Source of the DNA: a virus | Lineage: Duplodnaviria; Caudoviricetes | IMG/VR virus record: IMGVR_UViG_3300043812_000016 | Span: 1-64,000 of that record | Direction: 5' to 3' (one strand) | DNA: 64,000 nucleotides | Part shown: one piece after another, positions 58,961-64,000 of the stretch | Layout of the letters: each line of letters begins with the position of its first letter | Numbering within the stretch: the stretch's first letter is position 1 | Translations under genes and position numbers: made by a program | The notes under the pieces: model-generated | What the model was told of the DNA's origin: nothing | Database searches by the model: none | What the model saw: only the letters and a program-made list of their open reading frames with translations

Positions 58961-60533
58961 ATGAGTTTTTTAGATCGCTGGTTTGGCTCTGAGAATGCTG
59001 ATGATTACATTGATCTTGAACAGTTGAATAAGCAAGAAATTGCCAAAAGCTTTAGAGCTGGTAGATCAGACCAGCGGGTTGATAATGCTTATATTCAAAT
59101 TGGTGCAGATAGTCATAATCGCCAAAACCCCCAGCGAGAAAAGATTAACCAAGATTATTATTTAAGAAAGAAAGATCAACTAAGAGCTTATGCAGATGAC
59201 CTATTAGTTCAAGCAATTATTAGAACTAGAACTAACCAGATCTTAAACTTTGCTACTCCTGCCCGTTTATCTAGTGACGATAATGGGTTTAGAGTTGTTA
59301 AAAAGGGTAAGCAACTTAGTGATATGACAACACATGAAAAAAATGTTGCTAAGAAGTTAGAGGACTTTATTTTCTATACTGGTAAGGACCAATTAGACTG
59401 GCGTGATGATTTCCCAACTTTCTTGGCTAAGATTATTTATGACTTTTATGTGTTTGACCAAGTTAATATTGAACGGGTTTATGAAAGTAAAAGATCTAAT
59501 AAATTAAACCATTTTAACCATGTAGACGCTTCTACTGTTCTAATTGATAAATACCCGACTAGTATTGATAAGCCTAAATCCTTTGTACAGGTAGTTAATA
59601 GTAATGCTAGTGATAAAGATAGAATTTATTTTAATAGTAAAGAGCTAGTATTTTCTACTTATTGGAGCCAAGATAAGCCTTATTCTGGTGGGTATGGTTT
59701 TTCGCCTGTTGAAGCAGGTATGGAACATATTCAGTACCATATTAATGTTGAGCAGTTTAATGCTCGTTTCTTTAGCCAAGGTGGTATGACTCGTGGTCTG
59801 TTGCTTTTAGATCCAGGGTGATGGTTCTGGTACTTCTCAGTCTAACTTAGACGCATTAAGACGTAATTTAACTCCAGCACAAGGAATCAACGGTTCGTGG
59901 AAAATTCCAATTATTCAAGCACATGATGCAAAGTACGTCAACATGACACAATCCTCTAAGGATATGGAATTTATTAATTTCCTTAATTATCTTAATAATA
60001 TTATTTGTGCTGATTTTAATATCCAACCCGATGAGATTAACTTTCCTAATCGAGGAGGAGCTAATGGTAAGACTGGTGGTAGTACCTTAAATGAGGGTAA
60101 TACTACTAGAACTAAAATAGACGCTTCTCGTAATAATGGGTTAGAACCTGTTATGAAGTACATTGAACGTCTAATGACTGATAAGATTTTACGATACGTT
60201 GACTCTGATTATATGTTTGTCTTTAGTCCAAGCGATCAAGGTAAAGAGAAACAACTACAAGATGAGTTAGCATTAAAGCTAAAAAATGGGATGACGATTT
60301 CAGAGGCGAGAGCGCTTATGCATTTACCTAAGCTTGACTTACCAGATATTCCGGGTAACTCGGACAACCTTCTGCAATTCTATGCTGTACAATCAAAATT
60401 AACAGATCCTAATGGTAATATGAGTCAACAAAAAGAAAGCTTAACTAGTCCTACTAAAGATGTTCCTAGTGCTATTAAAGAAAACACTAGCAATACTGAT
60501 AATGATAATGGTAGTTTAGATGATAAATCTTAA
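58961..60533 (+). CDS. portal protein (frameshift ~59818)
   Basis: AIIRTRTNQ, YVFDQVNIE, GYGFSPVE, RFFSQGG..RG, GSWKIP, DMEF..FLNYL, INFPNRGG motifs of Twort-like portals. Confidence 0.9.
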
Positions 60534-60547
60534 AATGGGGTGTTATA

Positions 60548-61624
60548 TTGCGATGGACCACGAAAACATTTATTAAAGAATTAAATAAGCGTTATCCTAA
60601 TAAATTTATCGTGTTAGGTAAATATAATAGTATTCATACAAAAATAAGAGTTAGATGTTGTAAATGTCAGTACGAGTATGATGCTGAACCTAATTCAATA
60701 TTAAATCGTGGAATTAATTGTCCTAATTGTTCAAATATAGCTATCCACAAAAAGCAACGCTGGACTACGAGTTACTTTAAGAAAAAAGTAAAAGAGTTAG
60801 CAGGAGATTCTTATGTTGTGATAGGGTCTTATGTAGATAGTCAAACAAAAATTGATATGAAGCATTTAACCTGTGGTCATGTCTTTAGCATAAAACCTAA
60901 TGCTTTTATTCAAGGTCATAGATGTTTATATTGTTTTATGAATAAAAAGAAAACAACTAAACAATTCAAGCAAGAAATAAATGATCTTGTTGGAGATGAC
61001 TTTAACTTAATAGGTGAATATGATGGATGTATGAATTACGTTAAATTGAAGCATAATAAATGTGGTAATATTTTTAGTATAACCCCTAATAATTTTTTAG
61101 GAGGTTCTCGTTGTCCGTATTGTACTAAACTTGGTTGTTCTAATGGAGAGCAATTAATTAAATATTATTTAGACGATAGAGGTATTAATTATAAATACGG
61201 TTACTTAATTCCAGACTTAGCAAATACGCGAAATCTTCATTTTGATTTTTGGTTGGCTGATTTAAATATTGCTATAGAGTATGACGGTATCCAACATTTT
61301 AAACCTATTGAATATTTTGGGGGAGTAGATGCATTCCATAGTCAACAAATACGAGATAGATTAAAAGATAACTATTGTAAAAATAATAATATTAAATTAA
61401 TTCGTATTCCATATACTATGGATACTAAGAATAAAGTTAGAGATATTTTGTCTAAGAATATTCAAGATAAGATGAATCCAGAGGCTAATGTAGAGCAACA
61501 ACACCAAAATGATTACAAGCCGGGACACGAACAATCATTAGATAAGAAACCAGAGGCTAAAGAAGATTCTAATAAGCAAGATCTTAAGAGTCCAGAGGAG
61601 ACTAATGTAGGTAATACAGATTAG
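60548..61624 (+). CDS. free-standing Vsr/DUF559-like homing endonuclease with portal-like C-terminal tail
   Basis: same zinc-ribbon repeats and FDFW..IEYDGIQH as the intron ORFs; extra ~54-aa tail. Confidence 0.85.
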   Translation: MRWTTKTFIKELNKRYPNKFIVLGKYNSIHTKIRVRCCKCQYEYDAEPNSILNRGINCPNCSNIAIHKKQRWTTSYFKKKVKELAGDSYVVIGSYVDSQTKIDMKHLTCGHVFSIKPNAFIQGHRCLYCFMNKKKTTKQFKQEINDLVGDDFNLIGEYDGCMNYVKLKHNKCGNIFSITPNNFLGGSRCPYCTKLGCSNGEQLIKYYLDDRGINYKYGYLIPDLANTRNLHFDFWLADLNIAIEYDGIQHFKPIEYFGGVDAFHSQQIRDRLKDNYCKNNNIKLIRIPYTMDTKNKVRDILSKNIQDKMNPEANVEQQHQNDYKPGHEQSLDKKPEAKEDSNKQDLKSPEETNVGNTD

Positions 61625-61691
61625 CTAGTTTCCTATATTATTAAACAGAAAAGTTTATGTATTCTAAGTAGACGGGTGGTGAGATCTAAAG

Positions 61692-62603
61692 TTGAAAAAG
61701 AATTTTGATGTATTCTTACCAATTGATAAAGTAGAGAAGTCTGGTGAAGGTGACGAAGCTACTTATACAATTTCTGGGATGGCCTCCACATCAGATAAAG
61801 ACCTACAAGGGGAGACGATAGACCCGCAAGGTATAAATGCTGACTATCTACTAAGCGATGGTTGGGTTGATTTTGAGCATGATCGTGATCAAGTAATTGG
61901 AGTACCAACAGAAAATACATACGTAGACTCTAAAGGTTTGTTCCTTGAGGCTAAGCTTTTCAAGAATATGCCACAGGTACAAGATATTATTAAGCTTTAC
62001 CATAATATTAAAGATAATCATATTGATCGACAACTTGGCTTTTCGATTGAGGGTAATGTTTTAGAACGGGACGCTAGTGATGATTCTATTATTAGACAAG
62101 TTCAAATTACTGGTGTAGCGGTAACTAAGAACCCAGCTAATACTCATGCTACTTGGGAATTGGTTTCAAAGTCTATTTTTGGTTTAGATAATGAGGAACC
62201 TGTTGAAGAGGCAGATACTACAGATTCTAAGCCTATGTTAAGTATGACTGTAAAATTAGATAAGACAAATAAAGCTCTAACTGCTGGTCATGGAATTACT
62301 CCTAGTACCCAGAATGATGGTGGAGCCTTTAGAACAGAAGCTCTTTCTGGTCAATTGGTTAGTTTAGCTGAAAATATGAAGCAGGCTCGTAAGATTGGGT
62401 TAAGACCAGTTGCTAATTCAGTAGCTGATATTTTAGCTCATAAGGACTCTGGGGACGATGTAATGATTTTATTCTTACAATTGTTCGAAGGTCTTTCTTA
62501 TAATGATTCACAAGCTGTGGTTCATGCAATTAATACTAATAACCTAACTACTAGTCGATTGGAAAGAATTTTAAGTGGTGCAGATGGTGTCACTGATGAT
62601 TAA
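61692..62603 (+). CDS. prohead protease
   Basis: ISGMAST..DLQGE, DFEH, LGFSIEG, GVAVTKNPAN. Confidence 0.92.
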   Translation: MKKNFDVFLPIDKVEKSGEGDEATYTISGMASTSDKDLQGETIDPQGINADYLLSDGWVDFEHDRDQVIGVPTENTYVDSKGLFLEAKLFKNMPQVQDIIKLYHNIKDNHIDRQLGFSIEGNVLERDASDDSIIRQVQITGVAVTKNPANTHATWELVSKSIFGLDNEEPVEEADTTDSKPMLSMTVKLDKTNKALTAGHGITPSTQNDGGAFRTEALSGQLVSLAENMKQARKIGLRPVANSVADILAHKDSGDDVMILFLQLFEGLSYNDSQAVVHAINTNNLTTSRLERILSGADGVTDD

Positions 62604-62615
62604 GGAGGATTAATT

Positions 62616-63680
62616 TTGCCTGATAAATTAAAGAATGCTATGGACGCTATTGATAAAGCTCGTAAGTCATTAGTGTCTACAGAAGACACAGTAGAAAAGT
62701 CTGCTGAAGTTGAAAAGACTGATCCAGATGTAAAAGCACAGGAAGAAGCAACTAAGTCTACTGAGGAAGCTGAAAAGAACGTTAACCAAGCTACTATTTC
62801 AGATGATAATGAAAAAGTAACTAAGGACGTTGACGATGATGATGTAGAAGAATCTGCTGATAAAAAGGATAAGTCAACTAAGTCTGTTGATGAAGCTGAA
62901 AAATCAGAAGACGAACCTGCTGTAGAAAAGAATACAGACGCTAAGACTGAAGAAGCTAAGGCTAAGCAACATAAAGAATTAACTAATGTTGATGATCCCA
63001 AGGGTCATGAAGAAGCTTCTAAGTCATTTGATACTAATGCAGTAATTGACGCTTTAACTAAGTCTGTTGATACTATGGCTGAAATGCAAAAGTCTTACAA
63101 GGAATTAGCAGAAGCTTCTATGGAAATTGCTAAGTCATTCTTGGCTAAGCAAGCACCTATTGAAGATCAAGCTGAAAAGTCAGTAGAAAAGTCTCAAGAT
63201 AAAAAGTGTGGAGACGATGATGATGTAGAAGAATCTGCTGATAAAAAGTGTAAGACAGCTAAGTCTGATGATGACCAAGAACCAGATACAGATGATGAAG
63301 CTAAAGACGACAAGGAAGACAAAGCTAAGAAGTCTGTAGAAGATCCTGCTGATAATGCTGATGAAGCTGAAAAATCAGTGGAGGAACCAGCAGAAGAAGA
63401 TAAGGCTGAAAAGTCAATCCCTACTGGTAAGGCAGTTGCTACGGGTGCAGAAGAAGCTAAGGACGATACAGTTGCTAAGTCTGTAGAAACTCAAGAAGAC
63501 GGTGTTACTAAGGAAGCCTTAGAAAACGTAATCGCCAAGTCATTGCTTGGTTTTGATGGTGTACAAAGCGGTGTTAACTTGGAACGCAAGCACGCCTTAA
63601 AGAGTCTCTTAGCTGATACTCGAGAACTTAAAGGTACTACAGTTCCCGATAGTTTTATTGAAAGATATAACGAAATTTAG
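62616..63680 (+). CDS. acidic scaffold-like protein
   Basis: D/E/K-rich, many KS motifs, lies between protease and capsid. Confidence 0.75.
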   Translation: MPDKLKNAMDAIDKARKSLVSTEDTVEKSAEVEKTDPDVKAQEEATKSTEEAEKNVNQATISDDNEKVTKDVDDDDVEESADKKDKSTKSVDEAEKSEDEPAVEKNTDAKTEEAKAKQHKELTNVDDPKGHEEASKSFDTNAVIDALTKSVDTMAEMQKSYKELAEASMEIAKSFLAKQAPIEDQAEKSVEKSQDKKCGDDDDVEESADKKCKTAKSDDDQEPDTDDEAKDDKEDKAKKSVEDPADNADEAEKSVEEPAEEDKAEKSIPTGKAVATGAEEAKDDTVAKSVETQEDGVTKEALENVIAKSLLGFDGVQSGVNLERKHALKSLLADTRELKGTTVPDSFIERYNEI

Positions 63681-63755
63681 TTTTTAATTAAAAAACCATA
63701 CTTATGTCTATATTAGATATAGACAACGAATGGTAAAATGGAAAGGATGAAAATT

Positions 63756-64000
63756 TTGCCAGAATTACTAAAAGAAAAGACTGTAGTAAAGTCTGTTTTT
63801 AAACAAGATCAAGAAGACAAGTTAAACAAGTCTTTAAATAATGATAAGGCAGACCGGGTTGTTAAAGCCTTTACTGCTGGTACTGGTATTACGCCAGAAA
63901 CACAACCAGATGGTGCCGCTTACCGTATGGAAGCATTAGATCCTACTCTTAACATCTCTACTTATGGAGACGAAGATTACACAATCTACAAGGATCTTGC
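63756..64000 (+). CDS. major capsid protein (5' part, runs off window)
   Basis: KAFTAGTGITPETQPDGAAYRMEALD N-terminus typical of Twort/SPO1-like capsids; RBS gaaagga. Confidence 0.88.
   Translation, partial: MPELLKEKTVVKSVFKQDQEDKLNKSLNNDKADRVVKAFTAGTGITPETQPDGAAYRMEALDPTLNISTYGDEDYTIYKDL

Larger units (their letters stand above)
40845..63716 (+). promoter_or_regulatory. putative late promoters, (C/T)TATATTA
   Basis: motif upstream of endolysin (~40847), 42310 (~42280), 45555 (~45501), 48915 (~48890), portal (~58898), protease (~61633) and capsid (~63708), without -35 boxes. Confidence 0.6.

Noticed and set aside
7834-60533. Numerous frameshifts (tdk, nrdH, rnhA, fibre/GH66 genes, terL exons 3 and 6, portal) as programmed frameshifting or pseudogenisation
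   Set aside because: They hit essential genes and several lie in homopolymers; assembly indel errors are more parsimonious. Needs re-sequencing.
62600-63001. Minus-strand Ser-rich ORF (also 37072-37548, 21697-21993 and similar shadow ORFs)
   Set aside because: Antisense shadows of well-supported genes.

Overview
64-kb, AT-rich segment of a large lytic SPO1/Twort-type (Herelleviridae-like) phage, most plausibly infecting a Lactobacillaceae host (LPQTG anchor, Apf-like LysM protein, GH25-LysM endolysin, nucleoside 2-deoxyribosyltransferase). Layout: (i) ~0.9-9.4 kb, an early/host-takeover region of small + strand genes driven by at least 12 near-identical sigma70-type promoters, probably the long terminal repeat; (ii) 9.5-35 kb, a - strand block with a tnpB-only IS200/IS605 element, an LPXTG protein, an EcoRI-type methylase, tdk, a TerD-like protein, family A DNA polymerase, helicase, SbcD-like nuclease, pnuC, ndt, pgpA, two aberrant tRNA-like genes and a ~740-nt structured RNA; (iii) 35-64 kb, a + strand block with a ~460-nt structured RNA, RNase H, an Apf-like LysM protein, a tRNA cluster, endolysin, collagen/GH66 fibre proteins, two more methylases, TerS, a TerL split by five group I introns (three with endonuclease ORFs), portal, a free-standing endonuclease, prohead protease, scaffold and the start of the major capsid gene. 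The most unusual signal is a set of tRNA scaffolds whose anticodon arm is replaced by cargo. One tRNA-Arg-like shell has an 813-nt 'anticodon loop' holding a complete tRNA-Arg(UCU) plus an HNH endonuclease gene, and it is followed by a tmRNA-like RNA displaying anti-Shine-Dalgarno tracts. Many genes carry single-base frameshifts, several in homopolymers, which look like assembly errors. All product calls come from motif recognition; no database search was run.
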